Shown here in pieces: positions 21,129 through 31,070 of a DNA stretch of 41,409 bases. Source of the DNA: a virus (taxonomy: Duplodnaviria; Caudoviricetes); the IMG/VR virus record IMGVR_UViG_3300032320_002007, positions 1-41,409 of that record; one strand, given 5' to 3'. The stretch's first letter is position 1; every line of letters starts with the position of its first letter. Below the pieces are notes generated by a model. It did no database searches. It had not been told where the DNA came from and saw only the letters and a list, made by a program, of their open reading frames with translations. The position numbers and the translations under genes are program-made.

Positions 21129-21665
21129 TTATATTAAGGATGAGTGTATATACCAATCTTCAAAAATATTATTACCATATTCTATATTTTCTTGTTTTAT
21201 TACATATCCCAAATTATAAAGATAGCTTTTTGCATCATTTTTAAATACATCACCTACACGGTATAAGTCATGTTCATATGTAATGACATCAAAAATATAT
21301 TCTTGAAGAGGCAAAATATGAAGCAATTTATTGGTTAACTCTGGTGGCTCTAAATCTAGAGAAAGATAATTAAACCGTTTTTCTTTTTTATTATATTTAC
21401 TTAAAAGTTGATCAAATTCATTTTTATAATCTACCAAAAAAGCATCTTGATTTATAAATTTGCTTTTTCTATTTTCCCATTCGCCTTTCCACCGCGAATC
21501 AATTTCAACGCTTATTCCGTCCCAGCCATAATCTTCTTCTAATAAAAGGGTATTATTTATTTCAGTCGGGCTTCCTGCTGCTATATCTACAAACAAACCA
21601 TTTTTTAAAAAGTTAGTACTATTTAAAACAAATAAATCTTGTTGTCTTTGTGAATAGCTTTTCAT
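21129..21665 (-). CDS. FkbM/Methyltransf_21-like protein
   Basis: YSQ..QD.FV, GLFVDIAA, NNTLLLE..GWDGISVE, YLSLDLE, VITYEHD, EDWYIH. Confidence 0.75.
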   Translation of the reverse strand: MKSYSQRQQDLFVLNSTNFLKNGLFVDIAAGSPTEINNTLLLEEDYGWDGISVEIDSRWKGEWENRKSKFINQDAFLVDYKNEFDQLLSKYNKKEKRFNYLSLDLEPPELTNKLLHILPLQEYIFDVITYEHDLYRVGDVFKNDAKSYLYNLGYVIKQENIEYGNNIFEDWYIHSSLI

Positions 21666-21674
21666 TAGTTTCCT

Positions 21675-22412
21675 TTAAGAGTAAAAATATGTATTCTCTC
21701 TATTATATAGACCATCAATCATATCACCGTCCCAAATTACTATATTAAATTTATTTTTAACAGTTTCATGGTTTACGCAATAAACATTTGTTTCGGGTAA
21801 AGAAAATAAAGCCATACAAAACCCAAAACTACCATTACCTATAATAAGATTTTTGGCTTGTGCTCCGTATCTTATACATTCAGAAGGATTATTGCAATAA
21901 AATAATTTTACATTTAAATATTCATTTTGAATTTTTTTAATAATATGACTATCTGGATTATCCGTTGATATTAAAATATTTTTATGATTTATTTTATCAA
22001 TTTGTTCTTTGTAATATTCATATGGCAAATTCATATTTACCTGTTCTATATCACCCAATCTTACATGAATAAATAAATCAATTACATCATCTATCTTTTT
22101 TGGTTTTAAACAAACATTACAAAAATTAAAAAATTCTTTGTTTTTAAATAATTCTTTTAATTGAAAAAAACCATTTACAATAATTCCACAATCTAAACTA
22201 TTTTTGTTTAAATAGTCAATTATATTGTTATCATTAATTTCAATTTTATCATTATATTCTTTTAAACCAGAAAAAATTTTAATATCAAAATGTTCATTTA
22301 AATCAATGTTATTGTTAAAACGTAGATTAAATTTTTTTGAAAAATATTGTCCAACAAGATATTGAATAATATTATTTCCCAACCTTCCATGATACTGTAC
22401 ATCAACGGACAT
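21675..22412 (-). CDS. GT11 alpha-1,2-fucosyl/colitosyltransferase
   Basis: GRLGN..Q, GFFQ, HVRLGD (HxRxxD), YY, ISTD and NGSFG motifs. Confidence 0.8.
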   Translation of the reverse strand: MSVDVQYHGRLGNNIIQYLVGQYFSKKFNLRFNNNIDLNEHFDIKIFSGLKEYNDKIEINDNNIIDYLNKNSLDCGIIVNGFFQLKELFKNKEFFNFCNVCLKPKKIDDVIDLFIHVRLGDIEQVNMNLPYEYYKEQIDKINHKNILISTDNPDSHIIKKIQNEYLNVKLFYCNNPSECIRYGAQAKNLIIGNGSFGFCMALFSLPETNVYCVNHETVKNKFNIVIWDGDMIDGLYNRENTYFYS

Positions 22413-23397
22413 TTATCTTTTCTCTGTAGTAAGATAACCAATAATCTACCATTTCATCCATCATAGACTCAAATCCAATTGATGGTTTCCATTTAAGTAT
22501 AGTATTTGCTTTAGAAGCATCTCCTTTTAAATAATGCAATTCTTCCGGTCTATAGTATTTTTGATCTGTTTTTAAGTATTTGTTAAGATTTAAATTTAAT
22601 CTATCAAAAACATAAGAAACCATTTCTTTTACGCTTCTAGTAGTTCCAGTAGCCAAAACATAATTATCTGCTGATGATTGTTGTAACATAAGCCACATTC
22701 CAAACACATAATCTTTTGCGTGGCCCCAATCTCTGTGTGCTTCTAGGTTGCCCAAAATTAATTCATTGGATAATCCGAGTTTAATTTTTGCTGCTTCTAA
22801 TGCAACTTTATTTGTTACAAAGTTTATGCCTCTTCTTGGAGATTCGTGATTAAACAAAATACCAGAACAAACAAATAAATTATATGATTCAGCATAATTT
22901 CTGCACAGAGTATGTGCATATAATTTTGAACAGCCATATGGACTGACTGGAATCATTGGTGTTGTTTCACGTTGATAACCATCTTTATCACAAGAATTTC
23001 CAAACATCTCTGATGTAGCAGCATGATAGACTTTAGTGTGTGGAGAAAATCTTCTAACGGCTTCAAGAACAGCTAAAGTTCCACCACCATTAACATCCAA
23101 AGTATATTTTGGCAATTCGAATGATATTTGTACATGAGATTGTGCAGCCAGATGATATATTTCATCTGGCTGTAATTTTTGAATTATTGTTTCTATACTA
23201 AGAGGATCTGTTAAATCGGCATAATGTAGTGTGATTAAATTGTTATCGTGTAAATGTTGTATTCTAGTTGTTTGTGATTCCGGCACAGAATTTCTTCGTA
23301 TAGTTCCATGGACTTTATAATTTTTTTCAATTAAAAGTTCAGCTAGATAGGATGCATCTTGTCCGTTAGCACCAATTATTAAACCTATTTTTTTCAT
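22402..23397 (-). CDS. gmd: GDP-mannose 4,6-dehydratase
   Basis: GANGQDASYLAE, LAAQSHV, ATSEMFG, SPYGCSK, LFNHESPRRG, RDWGHAKDYV. Confidence 0.96.
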   Translation of the reverse strand: MKKIGLIIGANGQDASYLAELLIEKNYKVHGTIRRNSVPESQTTRIQHLHDNNLITLHYADLTDPLSIETIIQKLQPDEIYHLAAQSHVQISFELPKYTLDVNGGGTLAVLEAVRRFSPHTKVYHAATSEMFGNSCDKDGYQRETTPMIPVSPYGCSKLYAHTLCRNYAESYNLFVCSGILFNHESPRRGINFVTNKVALEAAKIKLGLSNELILGNLEAHRDWGHAKDYVFGMWLMLQQSSADNYVLATGTTRSVKEMVSYVFDRLNLNLNKYLKTDQKYYRPEELHYLKGDASKANTILKWKPSIGFESMMDEMVDYWLSYYREKINVR

Positions 23398-23431
23398 ATT
23401 TTTATTATATTATTAAAATGTAAAAAGTAAA

Positions 23432-24376
23432 TCAATTTCTATAATAGTTTTTTCTATTATGAATATACCATTCTATTGTTTTTGACAAACCATCTTCTAA
23501 AGAAATACTTGGTTTCCAACCTAAAGAATATATTTTTTCATTACATAATTTTCTTAAAGGTGTGCCATTTGGTTTACTCGTATCCCATACAATTTCCCCA
23601 GTAAATCCAATTTTCTTTTTAATTATTTCCGATAAATTTTTTATACTAATATCAAAATTTGAACCCACATTTATTATTTCAGATGAATTATAATTTTTCA
23701 TTAAAAATAAACATGCATCAGCTAGATCGTCAGAAAATAAAAATTCTCGTGTAGGAGTTCCATCACCAAAACATGTAACATGATCTTTATTATTTTCTTT
23801 TGCATCTAAAAATTTACGAATTAATGCAGGTATAACGTGACATTTTTCAATATTAAAATTATCGTTTATACCATATAGGTTTGCTGGCATCAAAGAAATT
23901 GAATTAAATCAATATTGTTTTTGATAATTATGACACATTTTTAAACCAATAATTTTAGATAATGCATACCCTTCATTTGTTGGTTCAAGTTCGCTAGTCA
24001 TCAAATATTCTTCTTTGATGGGCTGATTTGTTATTTTTGGATATATGCAGGCAGATCCTAAAAATAACAATTTTTTTACTTTATTGGTATAAGAATAATG
24101 AATTACATTATTTTGTATTTGTAAATTATCGTAAATAAATTCAGCTGGACAGTTTTTATTCCACCCAATACCACCTACTTTAGCGGCACTTAAAAAAACA
24201 TAATCTGGTTTTTCTTTTTTAAAAAATTTAAAAACATCATTTTGATTTCTTAAATCAAGCTGGTCTCTTGTTTTAGTTACAATATTTGAAAATCCCTGCG
24301 ATGCCAGTTTTCTCATTAACGCGGATCCAACTAATCCTTTATGTCCCGCAATAAAAATTTTTGAGTTTTTATCCAT
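23432..24376 (-). pseudogene. fcl: GDP-L-fucose/colitose synthase (Fcl/ColC) interrupted by an in-frame TGA at 23909-23911
   Basis: AGHKGLVGSA, AAKVGGI, LGSACIYP, YALSK, then QKQY*FNSISLMPANLYG continuing in the same frame to HVIPAL, GDGTPTREFL, KPNGTP. Confidence 0.85.
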
Positions 24377-25526
24377 TAATAGCTCCATTAACTATATTAC
24401 AAATATATTGTATTTCATCTAAAGTTAAATCTGGGTTATTTGGTAAATATAAACCATAATCGTGAACAATATCTGAAAATTCATATATTTTTTTTCCATA
24501 TCTTTCATAAAAAAAAGGTTGTCTTGAAACACTACCACAAATAAGTGGTCTAGATTCAATATTATTATTTTTTAATTCTTTAACAATATTATTTTTATTT
24601 GGATGAATTATCGGATACGCAAAATTACTAATAAAACCGTCAATTTTTAATTTCCAATAATTATTTTTAATTAATAAATCATATTGTTTAAGATTTTTAT
24701 ATCTTTTATCATTTTTTTCATTTAATGTTTTTAACTGATTTAAACCCAAAAATGCTTGAAGATCAGTTGCTCTTAAATTAAAACCAGGATAATAAAAAGT
24801 ATATAAATTTTTAAAATCGTCTATATTATATTTTTTTTGTAAAGATGTTTTTGTTTCTTCAGATAAATCTCTACTCCAACCATGTGATCTGATTGATTTT
24901 AAAATTTCATAAAGTTCAAAATCATCGGTGCATACAAATCCACCTTCAATAGTAGAATAGTGGTGGCCAAAATAAGTTGAAAAAGATGACATAAGTCCAA
25001 AAGATCCTGTTTGTTTTTGTTCATAAACAGAACCTACACTTTCACACGAATCTTCCAATAAAATGACATCATATTTATTACAAATTTTTTTAATTTCATT
25101 TAATTTATTTGGAACACCCAATACGTGAACAATACAAACACATGCTGGGTTATGTTCTTTACACAAATATTCAAAATAATTTACATCAATTCCCAGGGTA
25201 TCTTTATCAGTTTCGCATAAAATTGGTTCCATTCCCAATTGAATTGCTGGGCTGACCGTTGTAACCCAAGATACACAAGGAAAAATAATTTTATTATTTT
25301 TTAATTTATTTGAAATTTTTAAAGCATAGAGCATTGCTAAATTAGCTGAGGATCCAGAATTTACAAAAACACTATATTTTACACCTAGCCATTTTGCCCA
25401 TTCTTTTTCAAATTTTATTGTAAGTTCGCCTTTAGTAAGTTGTGGATATGTTTTAATCCAATTGGATAATTCATCCATTTCTAAGTGACTTATTGTATCT
25501 TTAACTAATTTAATTGTAGGTTTCAT
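24369..25526 (-). CDS. PLP-dependent DegT/DnrJ-family enzyme, ColD/E1-type 3-dehydratase
   Basis: VNSGSSANL, LEDSCES, SFSTYFGHHYSTIEGG (His at the usual Lys position), RSHGW, GFNLR. Confidence 0.85.
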   Translation of the reverse strand: MKPTIKLVKDTISHLEMDELSNWIKTYPQLTKGELTIKFEKEWAKWLGVKYSVFVNSGSSANLAMLYALKISNKLKNNKIIFPCVSWVTTVSPAIQLGMEPILCETDKDTLGIDVNYFEYLCKEHNPACVCIVHVLGVPNKLNEIKKICNKYDVILLEDSCESVGSVYEQKQTGSFGLMSSFSTYFGHHYSTIEGGFVCTDDFELYEILKSIRSHGWSRDLSEETKTSLQKKYNIDDFKNLYTFYYPGFNLRATDLQAFLGLNQLKTLNEKNDKRYKNLKQYDLLIKNNYWKLKIDGFISNFAYPIIHPNKNNIVKELKNNNIESRPLICGSVSRQPFFYERYGKKIYEFSDIVHDYGLYLPNNPDLTLDEIQYICNIVNGAING

Positions 25527-25583
25527 TGAAAATTTAATTAATTTTTATTTAAAAAAAATATTATAAAATATTTTTAATATTAA

Positions 25584-26387
25584 TCATATAATATAATTTA
25601 TATTGTTTGACAATAATTTTTCTTTTTCAGACATAATTTTATTTTTCCAATATTGAAAAAATAATTTTTCAGTATTAAATGTTTTATTTTTAATTAAAAA
25701 AAATTGATTTTTTAAAAAATTAATATCTTTTAATTGTTCCCATTCATCTATAAAACAAATTGGTAAATCTTCATAAAAAGAATTGTTTATTGTTTTTTTA
25801 ACTATTGGTATCGACCCGATGTAAAGTGTTTCCCATGTCCTATGACAGTCCTCTCCATTTCCAGCTGCGCTTATTACAAATGGATGATTATATATATTCT
25901 TTAAATAGTTATCATATAACTGGCTTACGTTTTTTCCATATTCTTTTGTTACGTAGTCTAAATTTTTACAAATTTCATATATTGGTTCTCTTTCCGATAT
26001 ATTTGTTTCAATATTTAAATTTAAATATACAAAATTATTTTGCAATTTAGGTAATTTTAATATATTAATAATTTTTTCTCTTTTTTTTACTTCTTGAAAC
26101 CACTGAGAATTTTCTAATCCTATCGGAATGGATTCTATTTTTAAATTTTTATATTTTATATTTTGTCCAAACCATTTAATTAAATTGGGTGGAGCTATAT
26201 TAAAATTTGCAGAATCATTTCTTGATTGAATATTTTCAACAGAACCGTCGCTATTGTGTGATATTAAAATAAATGGATGTGATGGTGCTTCCTTTAGAAA
26301 AAAATAATTTACATCATGTGTATGTCTATAAAAAATGATATTATTGTCTGCTAAACTGATAAATTTTTCACCTTGAATAAAGTCCAT
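25584..26387 (-). CDS. Exostosin-like (GT47-related) glycosyltransferase
   Basis: ISHNSD, WFGQN, IPIGL, SAAGNGEDCHRTWETLYIGSIPIV. Confidence 0.7.
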   Translation of the reverse strand: MDFIQGEKFISLADNNIIFYRHTHDVNYFFLKEAPSHPFILISHNSDGSVENIQSRNDSANFNIAPPNLIKWFGQNIKYKNLKIESIPIGLENSQWFQEVKKREKIINILKLPKLQNNFVYLNLNIETNISEREPIYEICKNLDYVTKEYGKNVSQLYDNYLKNIYNHPFVISAAGNGEDCHRTWETLYIGSIPIVKKTINNSFYEDLPICFIDEWEQLKDINFLKNQFFLIKNKTFNTEKLFFQYWKNKIMSEKEKLLSNNINYII

Positions 26388-26390
26388 TTT

Positions 26391-27245
26391 TTATTCGGGA
26401 ACAGGAATTCCATCCTCTTTAAACAGTTTTATCATTTTATCTTCACCCCATATTTGAGTTTCACATCTCTCATATTGATGATTTTTTATTTTTTCTTTTA
26501 ATTCATCCACATCTTCAAAAAAGATAGCTTCTTTAACCTGTGCTTCTTCTTTATAAAATTCTAAAGTGTTTTTTCTAATTTGTAGTATTGGAATGCAATT
26601 TGTTAGCAATGCTTCATAAAATCTTGTAGGAATAGCATTACTGTCTGTACTTACAGGACACAAAGAATATTTGTAGCTGCAGTAAATATTAAGGTATTCT
26701 TGCCAGTTAGTTGGCAAATTTGTCATTATATCTATATCAATATAATTTTTTACTTTATTTAATACGTGTTGTCTTTCTTTATATACTGGATGAGTATATT
26801 GACCAATAAAAAGACATTTATTATTTTTTTCAGTGCAATTAAAAAATTGCTTATAGTGTTTTGAAATAGGATAACCAATAATTTTTTTATTCATAGCAAT
26901 TGCATCATCTACATCCCAAACATATTGATGATGATCTTTTATTGATTCTATTGCTTTTTGTATAGATGCACATTCTGGATAAGGTGTGTTTAATATTTTT
27001 TCTCCACCAATTATAACAACTTTAATTTTTAAGGCATTGCAACGATTTATAAAGTCCCCATTAAACCATATATTTCTATGAAATCCAAAATGATCATTTC
27101 CAATAAAAAGAATATTAATATCGTCTAAGTCATTTATGGATTGTATGTGTTTTACATCACCGTAAATATTTTTAATTACGTAATAATAATTTTCTATCAA
27201 TAAACTTCTTTGATAACTTTTTTCACAAATAATACCAACATTCAT
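26391..27245 (-). CDS. Putative GT-B-fold glycosyltransferase
   Basis: CLFIG..R, YKYSLCP, RFYEALLTNCIPI C-terminal motif. Confidence 0.6.
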   Translation of the reverse strand: MNVGIICEKSYQRSLLIENYYYVIKNIYGDVKHIQSINDLDDINILFIGNDHFGFHRNIWFNGDFINRCNALKIKVVIIGGEKILNTPYPECASIQKAIESIKDHHQYVWDVDDAIAMNKKIIGYPISKHYKQFFNCTEKNNKCLFIGQYTHPVYKERQHVLNKVKNYIDIDIMTNLPTNWQEYLNIYCSYKYSLCPVSTDSNAIPTRFYEALLTNCIPILQIRKNTLEFYKEEAQVKEAIFFEDVDELKEKIKNHQYERCETQIWGEDKMIKLFKEDGIPVPE

Positions 27246-27251
27246 TTTTTA

Positions 27252-27845
27252 TTATTCCTTTGTAAAAAGATAATCTTGATGAGTACCATCCCAACTTGGA
27301 TTGTCATTTTTATTAAAATTTGTCAAACATTTAAAACTATAATTAAAAGTTTTTAAATATGAAAATATTTCTTCTTCATCCCACTTATATATTTCAATTA
27401 AAAAATTTTTAATTTTAATTTTTGAAAAATCTATACTTTTTAATATATTTTTTTCATAACCTTCAACGTCAATACTACATAAATCAATACTATTTATTTG
27501 ATGTTTGTCGCACAACGTGTTTAATGTAAAACAAGGAACTTCAACCAAAAGATTTGTTCCCAATCTGTTTCCGTTCACCGATGACATTAGGTTTCCATTA
27601 AAATCCCCTTTAATAAAACCATTGTTATCAGAAACCGCACAACATTCTATTATAGAATTTGGCCTATTATTTTTTAATAAATCAAATAAATTTTGAGACG
27701 GTTCTATTAAAAGACCTGTCCAATTGTTTCTTTTTTCTAATAAAAAAGTATTTGATTGTTGAATACCGTCGTTTGCTCCAAATTCAACAAATATTCCATT
27801 TTTAAAATTTTTAAAAATATTATATATCTGTTCGTCTAATTGCAT
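27252..27845 (-). CDS. FkbM-family methyltransferase
   Basis: GIFVEFGANDG..SNT..LE..NWTGLLIEP, SIDVEGYE. Confidence 0.85.
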   Translation of the reverse strand: MQLDEQIYNIFKNFKNGIFVEFGANDGIQQSNTFLLEKRNNWTGLLIEPSQNLFDLLKNNRPNSIIECCAVSDNNGFIKGDFNGNLMSSVNGNRLGTNLLVEVPCFTLNTLCDKHQINSIDLCSIDVEGYEKNILKSIDFSKIKIKNFLIEIYKWDEEEIFSYLKTFNYSFKCLTNFNKNDNPSWDGTHQDYLFTKE

Positions 27846-27871
27846 AATTTTTATTTTTTAAATATATTTAA

Positions 27872-28633
27872 TTACAGAGTTTGTGGCATTTTTAGCATGA
27901 TGTAATTACTACAATGCAATCCATTTCTTTCCATGCAATCATAATAGTATGTATAGTCGTTTTTAAGTTGAATTTGTTTCCATAATTTTTTTTCACAGTT
28001 AATGATTAAATTCATTATCGCTTGTTCATTGGTTCTGGTATTTATATACACATTTCCCAGATCTATTAAGCTGTTTATCATATCATCATCAAAAATAGAA
28101 GTATCAAAATAATACATGCCTGTTTGAAAATAATCAATATTTAAATCATATTTGATTCTTAATTCTTTGTACAAGTCAGCAAATCTTTGTGATTCAAACT
28201 GACAACCTAGTTTCCATTCATAGGTGGGGTAACCATCACAATGAGCCAAAAATTGTCCAGAACAATCAATATCAATCATTGGCCAAATAGAATTATAAAT
28301 GCGCATCCCACCATCAATTAACATACATTTATTCCATTGTTTAAAAAATGGGTGAAACGTATATATTTTATGCCACTGAAATGGTTTGTTAAAATCTCTT
28401 CCGTCAGATGTTGATATACCATTTAATTTTTTTAATGCCTCCGAACGATCTATTGTTGGAAAATATTTTACAATAACGTTTTTATCGTTTGATGTATAGT
28501 GTTTTAAATCGTCACCAACCATAAGAACTATAGTATCGGTGTACTGTCCATTTGTTCTCAATTCATAAATGGTTTGCTCAGTACGATTTAAAAAATTTTT
28601 ATTACAAAATGTTATAATACAATGATTTTTCAT
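27872..28633 (-). CDS. Putative GT8-like glycosyltransferase
   Basis: WHKIYTF, MLIDGG, FQTGMYYFD, NEQAIMNL. Confidence 0.6.
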   Translation of the reverse strand: MKNHCIITFCNKNFLNRTEQTIYELRTNGQYTDTIVLMVGDDLKHYTSNDKNVIVKYFPTIDRSEALKKLNGISTSDGRDFNKPFQWHKIYTFHPFFKQWNKCMLIDGGMRIYNSIWPMIDIDCSGQFLAHCDGYPTYEWKLGCQFESQRFADLYKELRIKYDLNIDYFQTGMYYFDTSIFDDDMINSLIDLGNVYINTRTNEQAIMNLIINCEKKLWKQIQLKNDYTYYYDCMERNGLHCSNYIMLKMPQTL

Positions 28634-28646
28634 TTTTTTTTTTATT

Positions 28647-29549
28647 TTAAATAAATTTTTTAATAAAGTTTTTTCTATGCATATGTAAAGAATTTATAGG
28701 AATTTCTTTATTTTCTCCAACAAGCATAAAACATTTTTTACTATCTTTTATACTTTCCTTTATTATAAATTTTTGTTTTTCTATTTCTTGACCCAATATA
28801 TGGTGTTTTAATATGGTACCCGGTGGCTGTCCGTTGTTGCAGCCAGCCAAATACTGGCTGATTGTGCATGGGTCAAATATTGAATTAAAAAAATTAAAAT
28901 TTGTTGAATATTTTCCTTCGGGCCAAATTGGTAAATTTTCAATTAATTTATTGTTTGATTGTTGTATTTTATACAACATTTTCATCTCAGTTGGATGATA
29001 ATCAAATGGATTTTTTGCAAAATAAATTAATTGATCATTTATTTCGGATAAAACTTTACTATTTTTAACCCAAAAAAAGCCGCATACCAGTTCTGTATCC
29101 ATAACTGGAGTAATGCAAGAATTTAAATAGATAGATTGTATTTTATCGTTAAGAAGCGTTAAATTTTCATATATTAAAACGTCATTATCAAATGATATTA
29201 TGTTTTCAAGATTTTTATCTTTAATCAAAAAATTTATATAAAAAAATCTGTATAATGAAGTTTTCCAAAGTGGATCATGGTGTGAATTAAAATAATTTAA
29301 TTTACTTAAATCTGTATCGACCTTTAAAAATTTAGAATTAACAGGAGTAACTGAAAAATTATCAAAATTTTGATAATTAGATATATTTTTAATATCATCA
29401 TCAACAATAAAATAAAATGGTATTGATTCATCCCATTTTCTAATTTGCTTTACAGTATCCCATATATGGGATTCCCATGGGTCATAATATGAATTTGTTT
29501 TAGGATCAAACGCCTTTGATCCCAATTGACATAGAATTAAACAACTCAT
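28647..29549 (-). CDS. Putative glycosyltransferase-like protein
   Basis: W..SLYRFF, FDNDVLIY (DxD), EM..L, IFDP, LHMH; probable start at 29549 (ATGA overlap). Confidence 0.5.
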   Translation of the reverse strand: MSCLILCQLGSKAFDPKTNSYYDPWESHIWDTVKQIRKWDESIPFYFIVDDDIKNISNYQNFDNFSVTPVNSKFLKVDTDLSKLNYFNSHHDPLWKTSLYRFFYINFLIKDKNLENIISFDNDVLIYENLTLLNDKIQSIYLNSCITPVMDTELVCGFFWVKNSKVLSEINDQLIYFAKNPFDYHPTEMKMLYKIQQSNNKLIENLPIWPEGKYSTNFNFFNSIFDPCTISQYLAGCNNGQPPGTILKHHILGQEIEKQKFIIKESIKDSKKCFMLVGENKEIPINSLHMHRKNFIKKFI

Positions 29550-30346
29550 ATGTTTTTTATCCAGTGCTGGTGCTTGTATGCAATATCTTTTACACAAAAT
29601 ATATCATTTTCATTTGCAAAAATATTTACACCCAGCCATCGTATTGGAGCATCTCCCCATCTTTTGTAGAAGATATTATTTGTTTCATCAATAAATTTAT
29701 AATAATTCATATATCCAGAATTTTTAAAAAATCTAGTATCCATAATTTCAAAATTAGTATAAAAAATTTCATTATTCCAATTATATGAAAGTGATTTTTG
29801 CAATACTGGATTTACATTGGTGTTTGTTGATTCGATAAATTTTTTTGTTAATTCAAACAAGCCTTCAACTACAAATGGCTGGTCATATGAATATTCTGAA
29901 ATATATGCATATACCTTTTTATTTTTTTCCATAAATTTAAAAATATCATAATCAATTTTATCTAATATAAAGGAGTCTGAATCCAAACGCCATATAAAAT
30001 CGTAGTTTTGGAGTACATTAAAATTAAAAATTTCTCCAGAAAAAAAACGACACATATTTCTATAGCCCATCTTAAAATCAGATAGCGGAGGGTTATATAA
30101 ATTTTCATTTAAGTCTAAAGATTTGGGAATTAAAAAATTTATTTTTACAAATTGTAATAGACTTTTTATATTTTCATTTTCAATACTTTTTTTAATATTT
30201 TCTTTATCTGATTCTGTCAAATCATCTTCTAATATTAAAACTGGATATGGATAATCAAAAAGAAAATTTTTTGAAAGAAGTTTAATACTTTCTATTAATA
30301 GAAAAACATCTTTTTTTTGTGTTAAATAAACTATTGCAGCTTCCAT
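29546..30346 (-). CDS. GT15 (Kre2/Mnt1-like alpha-1,2-mannosyltransferase) family protein
   Basis: YRNMCRFFSG, YDFIWRLDSD, FYTNFEI, FYKRWGDAPIR. Confidence 0.85.
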   Translation of the reverse strand: MEAAIVYLTQKKDVFLLIESIKLLSKNFLFDYPYPVLILEDDLTESDKENIKKSIENENIKSLLQFVKINFLIPKSLDLNENLYNPPLSDFKMGYRNMCRFFSGEIFNFNVLQNYDFIWRLDSDSFILDKIDYDIFKFMEKNKKVYAYISEYSYDQPFVVEGLFELTKKFIESTNTNVNPVLQKSLSYNWNNEIFYTNFEIMDTRFFKNSGYMNYYKFIDETNNIFYKRWGDAPIRWLGVNIFANENDIFCVKDIAYKHQHWIKNI

Positions 30347-31068
30347 TAGCATGTCCCTCGCTTTAAAATATCAATAAAATTTTGTTTTAATATAGGAATT
30401 AATTCTTTTTCATATTCACTGATGTTCCATTTTCCTTTAATTATTGCCGTGGCAATATAAGGAAAAATAGAGGAGTCCCAGTGCATCATTCCTCTTTTTG
30501 GCTCATTATTAAAATAATATGTGGCATAATAGTTCAATTTATTCATCGTCATTGCAAATTCAATACCTTCTTGAAATTTTGTATATGGAGTATTTCTATA
30601 TACCTGGACAAAATCTTTAGTTTTCCACAGAGTAGGTTGAAATGAAACGCTAGTTGGTGAATTGTGTAATTGATCTGGAGTTTGAACCCAATAAATTTTA
30701 TTTTTTATTGGATAATTTGTTACATCACCACATTTTATTAGTCTTGTATATGATACGCTAGTTTCATCTAAAAAAGATTTAACATAAGTTAATTCGTCAA
30801 GATTGACATCAGCATACAAGAAAAAATCTTCTTGCATGTAAATTAAATATTCGCTATCAATATTGTTTTCTACAATATCTGCTATTTCTTTACAATAATT
30901 TTTGTCTTCATATGAAACAAATTTATGTTTTGGGTAATCTTCACAGACAGTATTAGATGCTACTAAACTTTTAAATGTTGGTGCATGCTTATCCAGCAGA
31001 TCAAAATAAATTGGCCAAATATCTTTACAGTTTGAGTGAGCATACGTAAATAAAGTTATATTATCCAT
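30346..31068 (-). CDS. Putative glycosyltransferase (GT-A-like)
   Basis: YMQEDFFL, FQPTLWK, IIKGKW; located inside the glycan island. Confidence 0.5.
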   Translation of the reverse strand: MDNITLFTYAHSNCKDIWPIYFDLLDKHAPTFKSLVASNTVCEDYPKHKFVSYEDKNYCKEIADIVENNIDSEYLIYMQEDFFLYADVNLDELTYVKSFLDETSVSYTRLIKCGDVTNYPIKNKIYWVQTPDQLHNSPTSVSFQPTLWKTKDFVQVYRNTPYTKFQEGIEFAMTMNKLNYYATYYFNNEPKRGMMHWDSSIFPYIATAIIKGKWNISEYEKELIPILKQNFIDILKRGTC

Positions 31069-31070
31069 TA

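Noticed and set aside
28633-28650. Homopolymer tract as a phase-variation switch
   Set aside because: Long A/T runs are expected in such AT-rich DNA, and no island gene is frameshifted at one.
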